64,000 nt of DNA from Myxococcota bacterium (GTDB lineage: Bacteria; Myxococcota; Myxococcia; Myxococcales; Myxococcaceae), in the NCBI GenBank assembly GCA_049322255.1, contig JBMORE010000162.1:1-64000 (forward strand), given 5' to 3'. Every line of letters starts with the position of its first letter. The stretch's first letter is position 1. Of the stretch, positions 1 through 9,223 are shown one piece after another. The notes beneath the pieces are model-generated. The model worked only from the letters and a program-made list of their open reading frames with translations. It made no database searches and was not told where the DNA came from. The position numbers and the translations under genes were made by a program.

Positions 1-228
1 CTGCTCACCCTCTCCGAGGCGCACGGGGAGCGCTGCCCCCACGGCGGCGAAACCGACCTGCGCGCCATCACCCAGCAAGACCTCGCCGATCTGGTGGGCG
101 CCAGCCGCTCCTTCGTCTCCACCTTGATCAACGAAATGAAGCGCGACGGCGTCTTGGGCAACGTCGGACGCATCTTGTGCATCCGCGACCAGAAGGCGCT
201 GCGCCGCGTCGCCGCGAAAGAGAAGTAA
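1..228 (+). CDS. mrpC: CRP/FNR-family transcription factor MrpC, C-terminal HTH part (5'-truncated by window edge)
   Basis: Frame +1 reads LLTLSEAHGERCPHGGETDLRAITQQDLADLVGASRSFVSTLINEMKRDGVLGNVGRILCIRDQKALRRVAAKEK*. This has the CRP HTH motif ITQQDLADLVGASR and closely resembles the recalled M. xanthus MrpC C-terminus. Not in the supplied ORF track. Confidence 0.85.
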   Translation: MLTLSEAHGERCPHGGETDLRAITQQDLADLVGASRSFVSTLINEMKRDGVLGNVGRILCIRDQKALRRVAAKEK

Positions 229-281
229 AAGCTCGGAGGCCGTCCGGCGCGTCCCCTCCGGGCCGGACCAAGCCCCTCGCG

Positions 282-327
282 AAGCCTTGCGCCTTGAAGA
301 GTCGAGGCGCAGGGCTTTGCCCTTTTT
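282..327 (+). terminator. Probable intrinsic terminator after mrpC
   Basis: 16-bp stem with G:U pairs (AAGCCTTGCGCCTTGA / TCGAGGCGCAGGGCTT), 4-nt loop, followed by TGCCCTTTTT. Confidence 0.55.
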
Positions 328-368
328 GGCGTCATTTTCGGGGCCGGTTCTGGCAGCGTGCCCTTCTC

Positions 369-2171
369 ATGACGCTGCCTTCGACGGCAAACGAGCGCAG
401 AGAGCTCTACCGCACCCGTGAGGAGGCGGCCCGCTCCGAGCTTGCCCAGCTTGATCGTGTCTCGTCGTGGATTGCCCACGGCCGGGCGGGGACCTTTTTG
501 GCCGCGGCGGCGCTGATGGGCCTTTCCCTCTTCGAACGGCTGCCCTCGTGGGGCTTTGTCGCAGGGGCGGGATTCTTGTTTGCATACGGGGTGCTCGCCT
601 GGCGACATGAGCAGGTGGCGAAGGCCGAAGCGCGGGCCAAAGCGCGCGTGGAGCTCAACCGGCGGGGGCTGGCTCGGCTCGAGGGCCGCTGGCACGACTT
701 CCCCAGCAAGGGAGAACGCTTCGCCGACGTCGGTCACCTCTATACCCCCGATCTCGACCTCTTCGGGCAGGGCTCGCTGTTTCAGCTCGTCGATGAAACA
801 GGCACCCGCGCGGGAGAGGAACAGCTGGCCCGCTGGCTCTCAGCCCCCACCGACGCCTCGGAAGTGCGCGCGCGCCAGTCCGCCGTCTTGGAGCTTTTGG
901 GGTTGCTCGACTTTCGCCAGGCGCTGGTGACGGAAAGCCGGCTTGCCGCGAAAGACAAGGCAGACCCCCATCGGCTCATCGAGTGGGCCGAGGGCCCTGA
1001 CTTGCTCGCTCCCATCGGCTGGGCACGGCCACTCGCCTTCGTGCTGCCGCCGGTGGCCCTCGCGCTCTACCTGGCGGGGCTGTCGCCCTGGTACTGGCTG
1101 GTGCTCGCGGCGCAGCTGGCGGTGGTGGCGCTCACCCGAAGACACACGGCGACTTTCTATGAGCGTCTGTGCGGCGGTGAGAGCGGTTTCGTGCGCTTCG
1201 AGCGCACCTTCGCCACCATCGAGCGGCAAACGTTCTTCGACCCGCGGCTTTTGCGCCTGCGCGCGGGGCTTCAGTCCGACGGGCCGGCGGTGTCGACGCG
1301 GTTTCGACGCTTCAGCCGGCTGTTCGCCTTCGTCGAGCTGCGTCAGTCGCCGCAGCTGCACGCGGTGCTCAACCTGGCGCTCTTGTGGGACGTGCAGTGG
1401 ATGTTTTGGCTCGAGGCCTGGCGCGTCCTCCATGGCCGGCATGTTCGCCAGTGGTTCGAAGCGCTCGCCGAGCTCGAGGCGCTCTCCTCCATCGCCGGCC
1501 TCGCGCACGTTCGGCCTGACTTCGTCTTTCCCCAGGTGGAGCCAGGGCCGCCGCGCTTTTTTGCCGAGGCGCTGGGGCACCCGCTGCTCGACCGGCCGGT
1601 GACGAACGACGTCGTGCTTTCCGAGGGCGGCGAGGCGCTCTTGGTCACCGGCTCCAACATGTCGGGGAAGACGACCCTCTTGCGCGCCATGGGGCTGAAT
1701 ACGGTGATGGCCCTGTGCGGCATGCCGGTGTGCGCGAAGGCGCTGCGGCTATCGCAGCTGGAGGTGCTCACCAGCATGCGGGTGAAGGACTCGTTGGAGC
1801 GCGGCGTGTCCTACTTCTATGCCGAGGTACAACGGATGAAAGCGGTGCTCGACGCCGCCGGCCGAGGACGGGCGCTGTTCCTTCTCGACGAGCTTTTCCT
1901 GGGAACCAACACCCGCGAGAGGCAGCTCGCCTCGCGCGAGCTCTTGCGGCTCCTGCTTGCGACCGGCAGCATCGGCGCGGTCACCACCCACGACCTCGCT
2001 CTGACCGAGCTTTCCGGCCAAGAGGGCTTTCGCCTCAAGAACGTGCACTTTCGCGACCTCGTCGAGGACGGGAAGATGACCTTCGACTATCGGCTGCGCG
2101 AAGGAGTGGTGGACACGACCAACGCCTTACGGGTGCTGCGCCTGGCGGGAATTCCGTTGTCCGGAGAGTGA
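369..2171 (+). CDS. Membrane-anchored MutS-related ATPase (MutS domain V only)
   Basis: N-terminal TM helices; DLDLFG motif; Walker A TGSNMSGKTT; SYFYAEV; Walker B LLDELFLGTN; TTHD. ATG at 369 preferred over the upstream track start. Confidence 0.85.
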   Translation: MTLPSTANERRELYRTREEAARSELAQLDRVSSWIAHGRAGTFLAAAALMGLSLFERLPSWGFVAGAGFLFAYGVLAWRHEQVAKAEARAKARVELNRRGLARLEGRWHDFPSKGERFADVGHLYTPDLDLFGQGSLFQLVDETGTRAGEEQLARWLSAPTDASEVRARQSAVLELLGLLDFRQALVTESRLAAKDKADPHRLIEWAEGPDLLAPIGWARPLAFVLPPVALALYLAGLSPWYWLVLAAQLAVVALTRRHTATFYERLCGGESGFVRFERTFATIERQTFFDPRLLRLRAGLQSDGPAVSTRFRRFSRLFAFVELRQSPQLHAVLNLALLWDVQWMFWLEAWRVLHGRHVRQWFEALAELEALSSIAGLAHVRPDFVFPQVEPGPPRFFAEALGHPLLDRPVTNDVVLSEGGEALLVTGSNMSGKTTLLRAMGLNTVMALCGMPVCAKALRLSQLEVLTSMRVKDSLERGVSYFYAEVQRMKAVLDAAGRGRALFLLDELFLGTNTRERQLASRELLRLLLATGSIGAVTTHDLALTELSGQEGFRLKNVHFRDLVEDGKMTFDYRLREGVVDTTNALRVLRLAGIPLSGE

Positions 2172-2230
2172 CCTCAACGCGGGCGGTCCTGTCGCGCATG
2201 GAGCACCTTGAGTGCGGTAATAGGCGTGGT

Positions 2231-3997
2231 ATGGCCCGGCTCGATCCGCACTCGTACAACGATTCGACTCAGCCCGAGACCGCCTCGCTCTCGTTGAACG
2301 CGCGGGTGGATTTCGGCACCCACACGCTGGAGGCGGACGCTCGTCTGACGTTTCGCGCTCCGTCCCTCGGGCCGGTTCGGCTCGACCTCGACACCCGAGA
2401 GCTTTCGGTGCACGAGGTTCTCGACGACGCTGGCCGCCGGCTGCCGTTCACCCTGCATCCACCCGAGCCGGCTCTGGGAGCCCGGTTATCGATCGAGCTG
2501 CCCTCTGGCGTCGGCGGGGTACGCGTCCGCTACCGCACTGCCCCCACCGCCTCGGCACTGCAGTGGTTGGCGCCCTCGCAGACCCTGGGCGGCCAGCTCC
2601 CCTTTCTCTTCAGCCAGTGCCAAGCCATTCACGCCCGCTCGGTGGTGCCGCTGCAGGACACCCCGCGCATTCGCATTCGCTACCGGGCGGAGCTCGACGT
2701 GCCTGCCCAGCTGCGCGCCGTGATGGCCGCCGCCTTCATCGAGCGCCGGGAGGAACAAGGCCGCGCGGTCGAGGTCTTCGAAATGCCGCAGGCGATTCCC
2801 CCCTACCTTTTCGCCTTCGCGGTGGGTGATCTGGCCCGTCGTGACTTGTCCCCCCGCTCGTGCGTGTGGGCCGAGCCGAAAATGCTCGACCGCGCCGCCA
2901 CCGAGTTCAGCGGCGTGGAAGAGATGATTCGCGCCGCCGAGGCGCTCTTCGGCCCCTACGATTGGGACCGCTTCGACATCCTCACCATGCCTCCCTCCTT
3001 TCCTTACGGGGGCATGGAGAACCCGCGGCTCACCTTCCTCACCCCCACCATCGTGACGGGCGACCGCTCCTTGGTGAACGTGCTCGCCCACGAGCTGGCC
3101 CACTCGTGGACGGGAAACTTGGTGACCAACGCCAACGCCGAGCACTTCTGGCTCAACGAGGGGTTCACCGTGTACGCCGAGCGGCGCATTCTCGAGGCGC
3201 TGGAAGGCCCCGACGTGGCGGCGCTCCACGCGGCCATCGGCCGACGCTCCCTCGACGAGGCGGTGGCGCGCTTTGCCAAAACTCCGCAACTCACCCGCCT
3301 GCGCACCCAGTTGGCGCACGTCGACCCGGACGAAGCCTTCTCCCAGGTGCCCTACGAGAAGGGCTACCTCTTCTTGCGCGCGCTGGAGGAGGCGGTGGGG
3401 CGCACGCGCTTCGACGCGTTCCTCAAAAAGTACCTCGCCACCTTCCGCTTCGAATCGGTCACCACCGAAGACTTCTTGCACCTGGCGCGTCAGCACCTCG
3501 ACGGAGCGCTGGAGAAGTTGAACGCCGGGGTGTGGATTGACGGCGAGGGCGTGCCGGAAAATGCGCCGCGGCCCAGCTCCAAGCGCTTGGAGCAAATCGA
3601 CAAGCTGCGCGGCGCGGTGCCCAAGGTTTCTCTGACCCAGGGTTGGACCCCGACCGAGTGGCAGCTCTACCTCGACTCCATGCCGCGGCCGGCGCCCCAA
3701 GAGATTTGCCAGACGCTCGACACCCGCTACCGCCTCACCGAGAGCCAAAACCATGAGGTGCTGATGAGCTGGCTCACCCTGGCGACGACGTCGGACTACG
3801 CGCCGGTGCTCCCGAGGGTGCAGGAGGTGCTGGGACAGGTCGGCCGCATGAAGTACTTGCGCCCGCTCTACCTCGCGCTGGCGAAAAACCGCAAGACGAA
3901 GGCCCTGGCGCGTCAGTGTTACGAGCAGACCAAGGCGGGGTATCACCCCATTGCCCGGCAGGTGGTGGAGGGCGTGCTGCGCGAGGCGGGCGCGTGA
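2231..3997 (+). CDS. M1-family zinc aminopeptidase (leukotriene A4 hydrolase-like)
   Basis: GGMEN and HELAH...NEGF zinc motifs; N-terminal DPHSY; PYEKG; C-terminal GRMKY. Confidence 0.92.
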   Translation: MARLDPHSYNDSTQPETASLSLNARVDFGTHTLEADARLTFRAPSLGPVRLDLDTRELSVHEVLDDAGRRLPFTLHPPEPALGARLSIELPSGVGGVRVRYRTAPTASALQWLAPSQTLGGQLPFLFSQCQAIHARSVVPLQDTPRIRIRYRAELDVPAQLRAVMAAAFIERREEQGRAVEVFEMPQAIPPYLFAFAVGDLARRDLSPRSCVWAEPKMLDRAATEFSGVEEMIRAAEALFGPYDWDRFDILTMPPSFPYGGMENPRLTFLTPTIVTGDRSLVNVLAHELAHSWTGNLVTNANAEHFWLNEGFTVYAERRILEALEGPDVAALHAAIGRRSLDEAVARFAKTPQLTRLRTQLAHVDPDEAFSQVPYEKGYLFLRALEEAVGRTRFDAFLKKYLATFRFESVTTEDFLHLARQHLDGALEKLNAGVWIDGEGVPENAPRPSSKRLEQIDKLRGAVPKVSLTQGWTPTEWQLYLDSMPRPAPQEICQTLDTRYRLTESQNHEVLMSWLTLATTSDYAPVLPRVQEVLGQVGRMKYLRPLYLALAKNRKTKALARQCYEQTKAGYHPIARQVVEGVLREAGA

Positions 3998-4027
3998 GCA
4001 AAGAGCCTTTGGTCCTTCGCGCTTTCG

Positions 4028-5524
4028 TCAAGCTCCGCGCCCGGTGCCGTCGCTCTTCTCCTTCACTTTCGCTTCGATCGTCGCCCGACGCGCGGGGTCG
4101 CGGCACACCTCGAGCGCGCGCTGAAAAACCTCCACCGCCGTCTTGCGAAACCCCTGGCGCAGGTAGGTCTCTCCCAAGGCGAGGAGCGGGTCGTCCAGAT
4201 CCGGGCGCAGCTCCGCCGCCCGTTCGAGCGAGGCAATCGCCAGGTACGGCTCACCGTTGGCGCGAAGCATCTGCCCCAAGTAGAAGTGTGCCTCGGCGCA
4301 GTAGGGGTCTTTGGCGGCCGCCGCCCGCAACAGCTCGATCGCCTCGCTCGTCTTCTGCGCTCGCGCCCGTACCGCCGCCTCCCGACAGGTCGCCATCGCC
4401 GACTCCCGACGCGCCTTGGCGATCTGCTCGTCTCCGCTCGTGGAGCTCATCAGACAGCGGCGAATCGCCCGGGTGAAGTCCTCCACCTTGAAGGGCTTCT
4501 CGAAAAACCCGTCTGCCCCATAGACCTCGGAAACGTCCACGCCCACCTTCCAGCCGGTGTGTATCCCGCTCATCATCAGCACCTTGGTGCGGCGCAGCGC
4601 TGGGTTGCCCTTGATCGCCCGGCACACCTCGAAGCCGTGGAGACCCGGGAGCATCGCGTCGAGGAGAACCAGATCCGGCGAGAGCTCGTGCACCCGCTCC
4701 AGCGCTTCCTTTCCGTTGCCACATTCGGACACCGCGCAGTCGAAGGGCGCCACGATGCGCCTGGCCAGGGCACGCATTTCCGGCTCGTCATCGACCACCA
4801 AAATCACCTTCCCCACACCGACCGAACCCCGCAGGGTGGTCTTCGCCGCCTCCGGGTCTACCGGCCGCCTCGGCTGCTCGGACCTTCCACGGTCCAACGG
4901 TTCTGGGGAATCGACCAACGGGTCCAACAGCCCCACCACCTCGAGCTTCTCCTCGAGCTCCACTCCCACGATCGTCGGAATGTCGTCGTCGTCCTCTTTG
5001 GGGGGTGGGCGGTTCGCACCGGCGCGAACCACCGAAGCGCGGCCCTCGGGGCCCGGTGAAAGCTTCCATGCCTCGCGCCCGCGCCAGAACTGCTCCCTGC
5101 TGTCCATCAGCGCGCGGCAGGAGCTCAGCGCCGCGAGAATCAGCCCACGCACCGCGACGTGGGGGAGGATTTTTCGCCCGGTCATGAAGCCAATTTCCGC
5201 CACCAGCTCGCCATCGTCGGGCTCGGCCATCGCCAGCAACAGGCTCCCCTCGACGTCCATCACCGGGAGCAACGCTTTTTTCCGGAGCAACTCCTCGGGA
5301 ATGAGCGCCAGGTTGGCCAAGGGGAACACCGTCCGGGTCAGCTCCAAGCCTGGATATCCGCTGTGCTCGGCGAGCAGCTGCACCACGTCTCTTTCAGGCA
5401 CCAGCTTGAGCGCGCAAATCGCCGACGCCCAGTCCTCGTTGTTCGACAGCACCCGTTGGCGCACCTGCTGGAGCTGGGCGTCGGAGAGCAGGCGAACTTG
5501 ACGAAGGCGCTCGAAGAAATCCAC
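4028..5524 (-). CDS. T2SSE_N/MshEN-like domain + receiver domain + TPR protein
   Basis: N-terminal LLLAMAEP-type GSPII_E_N segment; REC motifs ILVVDDE, DLVLLDAMLP, KPF; C-terminal TPRs (AEAHFYLG). Confidence 0.8.
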   Translation of the reverse strand: MDFFERLRQVRLLSDAQLQQVRQRVLSNNEDWASAICALKLVPERDVVQLLAEHSGYPGLELTRTVFPLANLALIPEELLRKKALLPVMDVEGSLLLAMAEPDDGELVAEIGFMTGRKILPHVAVRGLILAALSSCRALMDSREQFWRGREAWKLSPGPEGRASVVRAGANRPPPKEDDDDIPTIVGVELEEKLEVVGLLDPLVDSPEPLDRGRSEQPRRPVDPEAAKTTLRGSVGVGKVILVVDDEPEMRALARRIVAPFDCAVSECGNGKEALERVHELSPDLVLLDAMLPGLHGFEVCRAIKGNPALRRTKVLMMSGIHTGWKVGVDVSEVYGADGFFEKPFKVEDFTRAIRRCLMSSTSGDEQIAKARRESAMATCREAAVRARAQKTSEAIELLRAAAAKDPYCAEAHFYLGQMLRANGEPYLAIASLERAAELRPDLDDPLLALGETYLRQGFRKTAVEVFQRALEVCRDPARRATIEAKVKEKSDGTGRGA

Positions 5525-5539
5525 GGTTCAGCTCGCAGG

Positions 5540-5642
5540 ACGTAGGGGTGGCGCGTTCTCAGCCCTGGGAAACGGGCGAAATCTCCATCAGCCGTCAACC
5601 ACTCGCAGCGTACAGCAGCACGTTGACGTCCGGCATTCTCAT
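5540..5642 (-). pseudogene. vapC: Internally deleted VapC (PIN) toxin remnant
   Basis: ATGA overlap with the antitoxin stop. Reads MRMPDVNVLLYA then stops at 5595. In another frame it continues directly as CEWLTADGDFARFPGLRTRHP, the typical VapC C-terminus. Confidence 0.75.
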
Positions 5643-5890
5643 GGAAGCCCGTTGCGGTCGCTCTCGAGCACCCTGCGCGCCACGGTGTCCCAGGAATATC
5701 CAGGAAGGAGCCCAGGGCCATCGTTGACGATCAAACGAAAAGGTCGATGTGCCGGCTGCTCTTTGGGGCGCCCCGTCAGCTCAGCACGGAGCGCTCTCTC
5801 GATGAGACCGCTGACAGTAGTCTTCAGCTCGGCGGCTCGGCGCCGCGCCAGGCGAAGAACGGCGTCGTCGATCACGATGGTAGTTCGCAT
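5639..5890 (-). CDS. vapB: RHH-type VapB antitoxin
   Basis: MRTTIVIDDAVLRLARRRAAELKTTVSGLIERALR; similar to the antitoxin at 44690-44932. Confidence 0.8.
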   Translation of the reverse strand: MRTTIVIDDAVLRLARRRAAELKTTVSGLIERALRAELTGRPKEQPAHRPFRLIVNDGPGLLPGYSWDTVARRVLESDRNGLP

Positions 5891-5969
5891 GTGATGAGAT
5901 CATATGCAGTGCGCATCTGTATGCGCAATCTGCCCATCATGCTCTGGGGACGTCACCCAAGATGTCCCC

Positions 5970-6851
5970 TCAGTGGTGCGGCGGCCGGTGGGCCTGCTCG
6001 ATGCGCCGGCGGGACAGCTCGAGGTACTTGAGGTCGAGCTCCACCCCCACGTAGCGCCGCCCCAGCTTGACCGCGGCGACGCCGGTGGTGCCGCTGCCGT
6101 TGAAGGGGTCGAGCACCAGCCCGTCCTCGGGGCAGCTGGCGGTGATGATGCGTTCGAGCAGGGCCAGCGGCTTTTGCGTGGGGTGCCCTCCCAGCGCCTT
6201 CTCCTCCCGCCGCGGGGTCAGCTGCGACCACACCCTGCCGGCGCCGTCGGCGGTGAGCTCCTCTTCGCCCGCTCTGGGCAGGTTCCACACGTCGCGCATC
6301 TGCTTGCCCCCGTTCTCCGCCTTCATCCGCGCATAGTGGAAGGTGTGGAGGAGCTTTCCCTTGCCACCCGGCGAGGCCCACAAGAGCAGCTCGGTGGAGT
6401 GGGTGAAGTACCGGCAGGACAGGTTGGGGCTGGCGTTGGGCTTGTACCAGGTGACGGTGTTGAGCAGCTTGTAGCCCAGCCGCTGCATCGCGAAGCCCAC
6501 CGAGAAGATGACGTGCTGGGTACCCGATACCCAGAGAGTGCCTGAAGGCTTGAGCACGCGCTTGCAGGCGGCCAACCACTCCAGGGTGAAGCGGTGGTCG
6601 TCCTCCACCCCGCGCGAGGCGTCCCACGCCCCTTTCTCCACCGGCGCCCGCTTGCCGCTCTTGCAGGTGAAGCCGCCGTTCGAGAGAAAGTACGGCGGGT
6701 CGGCGAAGATGAGGTCGAACGTCCTCTCGTCGAACGTCGAGAGGAGCTGAACGCTGTCTCCGCGGTAGAGAACGTAGTCGTCGCCGCGGGTGTACTCGGC
6801 GTCACGCCGCAGGGGCGTGCGCGCGAACGATGTGCTCGTCGCCAGGGACAT
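5970..6851 (-). CDS. Orphan beta-class DNA adenine methyltransferase (DpnA/M.MboIB-like)
   Basis: IFADPPYFLSNGG catalytic motif precedes LDPFNGSGTT SAM motif; HPTQKP; RBS GGAGG upstream of ATG at 6851. Confidence 0.88.
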   Translation of the reverse strand: MSLATSTSFARTPLRRDAEYTRGDDYVLYRGDSVQLLSTFDERTFDLIFADPPYFLSNGGFTCKSGKRAPVEKGAWDASRGVEDDHRFTLEWLAACKRVLKPSGTLWVSGTQHVIFSVGFAMQRLGYKLLNTVTWYKPNASPNLSCRYFTHSTELLLWASPGGKGKLLHTFHYARMKAENGGKQMRDVWNLPRAGEEELTADGAGRVWSQLTPRREEKALGGHPTQKPLALLERIITASCPEDGLVLDPFNGSGTTGVAAVKLGRRYVGVELDLKYLELSRRRIEQAHRPPHH

Positions 6852-6929
6852 CGAGCCTCCCAAAGAGGGGATGTGACGGCGAACACCGTACGGGCGAAAG
6901 AATCGTCCCGCTAATTTTTGGCCGGCTTG

Positions 6930-7157
6930 CTACTGCTTTGCTGGCGCCTTGGCCTTCTTGCCCGCGTCGTACTTCTTGCGGAAGCGCTCCACCCGGCCTG
7001 CGGTGTCGACCAGCTTGTACTTGCCGGTGAAGAAGGGGTGGCAGTTGGCGCAGATTTCGACGTGGAAGGAGCCGCGGGTAGAACGGGTCTCGATCACGTT
7101 TCCGCAGGCGCAGACGATGCGCGCGGGCGGGTAGACGGGGTGAATGTCCGGCTTCAT
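6930..7157 (-). CDS. rpmE: 50S ribosomal protein L31, zinc-binding type
   Basis: MKPDIHPVY...CACG...[11 protein letters not shown]...[13 protein letters not shown]. Confidence 0.97.
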   Translation of the reverse strand: MKPDIHPVYPPARIVCACGNVIETRSTRGSFHVEICANCHPFFTGKYKLVDTAGRVERFRKKYDAGKKAKAPAKQ

Positions 7158-7278
7158 GGTGACCTCGTGCCGCCTTACCCCGGGTCGCTCTTCGCCCGGA
7201 GGACTGGCGGTGGTGTGAAGGGCGGGGCTTATAACGAGGCCGCGGGCAAGGAGCAAGCGCACCCGGGCCTTCAGCCCT

Positions 7279-8364
7279 TCAGTGGCCGGCAGCGGCTGGC
7301 TCGAACTTGGCCACTTCCTTCTCCAGCTCCGGGTCACCTTTGATGTCGGGGCCCAAGTTCACCCAGTCGAGCCGAATCGTCCGCGCATTCTTGCCCGACC
7401 CCTGGGCAATCACCTTTTCGTGCGCCTTTCGGCTGGCCTTCATTTGGTCCAGCTCTTTGACGAGCAGCTTCTTCGCTTCGGCATCCTGGGTGGCGGCCAC
7501 TCGCTTCTCGAGCAGTGCCAGGCGCTCTGCCAAAAGCGGCAGGAGCTGCTTTTCCCGCTCCATCTCCTGCACGTCGACGAAATTGCCCTTCCCGCCCAGA
7601 GTCAGCACGAGCTTGCCCACCTGCCGGCCTCGCTCCCCTCCTGGAATGACGTAGTTGTGCGCGTTGCGCTGGGCGGGCCCGGCGGGTCGGGCGTCGTGGG
7701 AGACCAGCACCACGTCCACCGCCGACTCCGCCTCGTTGGCCAGCTGGTACGCGTCGTTGTACGGGAGGGCGGCGAGGACAAGCACGAGGTCGACCTTGCC
7801 CGAGAGCTTTTTCGCCTCCTCGAGCACTGCCGAGCCCGCGGGGGCGCCCGTGAGGTGACTCACACCCGGGAGCGAGCCAGACGGGGAGACGCCGATCACC
7901 CCGACCTTGACCCCGCCGACGTCGGCGATCGCCGAGGCCGGAAAGAGCGCCTGACCGTCCTTTCCACGCAGGTTCGCCGAGAGCACCTTCACCTTGGCCT
8001 TCTGGGCGGCGGCCCGCAGGAACTCAGCCCCGGCGTTCAAGTCTCGCGCGCCAGCGGCCATGGCGAAGGTGTCGAGCCGGCCCATCGCGCCCAGGAGAAA
8101 CTCGGCGCGCGCTCGAGAAGGCTCGTCCTGTAGCCCCGGTGCGCGAAAGAGCGCATTGCCCGCATCCACCAAGAGCACCGGCCCCTTGGCGCGAGCGTTG
8201 TCCAGCACCGTCTTCCTTCTCGCCAGACCTCCCGCCGGGTTGTGCTTGCACCCGCAAGGGGACAGCTCACCCCCGTTGTCCCCGGTGAAGTAGAGGGTCA
8301 GCTGCTTGTCGGCCCCGGCGGCGGCGGTGGCGGCCAGCGCGGCGAGCATCGCCAGCCTGATCAT
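7279..8364 (-). CDS. Secreted UshA/5'-nucleotidase-like metallophosphoesterase-fold protein with PCGC motif
   Basis: Signal peptide; [14 protein letters not shown]...GGLARR; LLVDAGN; LSANL; C-terminal coiled coil. Confidence 0.7.
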   Translation of the reverse strand: MIRLAMLAALAATAAAGADKQLTLYFTGDNGGELSPCGCKHNPAGGLARRKTVLDNARAKGPVLLVDAGNALFRAPGLQDEPSRARAEFLLGAMGRLDTFAMAAGARDLNAGAEFLRAAAQKAKVKVLSANLRGKDGQALFPASAIADVGGVKVGVIGVSPSGSLPGVSHLTGAPAGSAVLEEAKKLSGKVDLVLVLAALPYNDAYQLANEAESAVDVVLVSHDARPAGPAQRNAHNYVIPGGERGRQVGKLVLTLGGKGNFVDVQEMEREKQLLPLLAERLALLEKRVAATQDAEAKKLLVKELDQMKASRKAHEKVIAQGSGKNARTIRLDWVNLGPDIKGDPELEKEVAKFEPAAAGH

Positions 8365-9209
8365 TTCTTCCCCTTGGGCGCCGGTTTCTTCGACTTGTCC
8401 AATTCTTGAATCCTGGCCTTGGCGGCGCTGGCGGCGCTGGACTTGGGGTACTGCTTGACCACTTCCTCCAAGGCCAGGCGCGATTCGTCACCCATCTTCA
8501 GCTTCTTGAAGCACTCGCTCGAGCGCAGGTAGGCGCTGGGGGCCGAGGGCGTCTTGCCAAACTCCTGAATGACCTTGCCGTACTCGAAGAGCGCCTCGCG
8601 GCATTTGTCCTCGGTGAAGTAGGTCTCACCCAGGCCGAAGTGCGCTTCACCACGCAGCTCGTCCTTCGCCCACTTCTTGAGGAACTCGCCGTAGAGCTGC
8701 CGCGCCAAGAGCAGCTCTCCCGCTTTGGCCTTCTCGGCGGCGAGCGCGAGGAACTCCTGCTTGCCCTCGGGGCGCCGAAGCTCGTCGGCCTTCTTCTTCG
8801 CCTCCGCCGCCTTCACCGCCTCGGTGCCTTTGAGCTCGGCGATCTTCCGGTCGGTCTCCTCGGTGAGGCGCAAAAGCTCTTTCTCCAACTCGGTGGCCTT
8901 GTGCTGATGGCTCTCGATTTGCCCCTTGAGCTCGGCGAGGTCCTCGATGGTCTTCTGGAGGAGCACGCCGGTGTCGGCATCGCTGCGGCGCGAAGCCTTG
9001 TCCAGCCCCTCGAGCGCCTTCTCCACCTGGGCAATCTTCTCGTCCACCCGCTGAGCCAGCTTCTCTTCCTTCGCAGCGAGGTCGCGTTCGAGCTCGACGT
9101 TTCGCGCAGCCAGCTTGTCGACCTTCGCCTCGAGGGCCTTGCCCCGGTCGGCCGGGTAGAAACAACCCGCCCAAGCGGCAAAGAACAGCCAAAGCAGTGT
9201 GCGTCGCAT
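8361..9209 (-). CDS. cpoB: Tol-Pal associated coiled-coil/TPR lipoprotein (CpoB/YbgF-like)
   Basis: Lipobox WAGC, long coiled coil, TPRs (AHFGLGETYF), VVKQYPKSSAA C-terminus. Confidence 0.75.
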   Translation of the reverse strand: MRRTLLWLFFAAWAGCFYPADRGKALEAKVDKLAARNVELERDLAAKEEKLAQRVDEKIAQVEKALEGLDKASRRSDADTGVLLQKTIEDLAELKGQIESHQHKATELEKELLRLTEETDRKIAELKGTEAVKAAEAKKKADELRRPEGKQEFLALAAEKAKAGELLLARQLYGEFLKKWAKDELRGEAHFGLGETYFTEDKCREALFEYGKVIQEFGKTPSAPSAYLRSSECFKKLKMGDESRLALEEVVKQYPKSSAASAAKARIQELDKSKKPAPKGKK

Positions 9210-9223
9210 GAGGGCGTTGGATA

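Noticed and set aside
177..368. N-terminal extensions given by the ORF track (also for 1715, 19007, 23332, 38062, 41362, 53780, 59116)
   Set aside because: They overlap neighbouring genes, terminators or promoters and lack family similarity; downstream starts were chosen.
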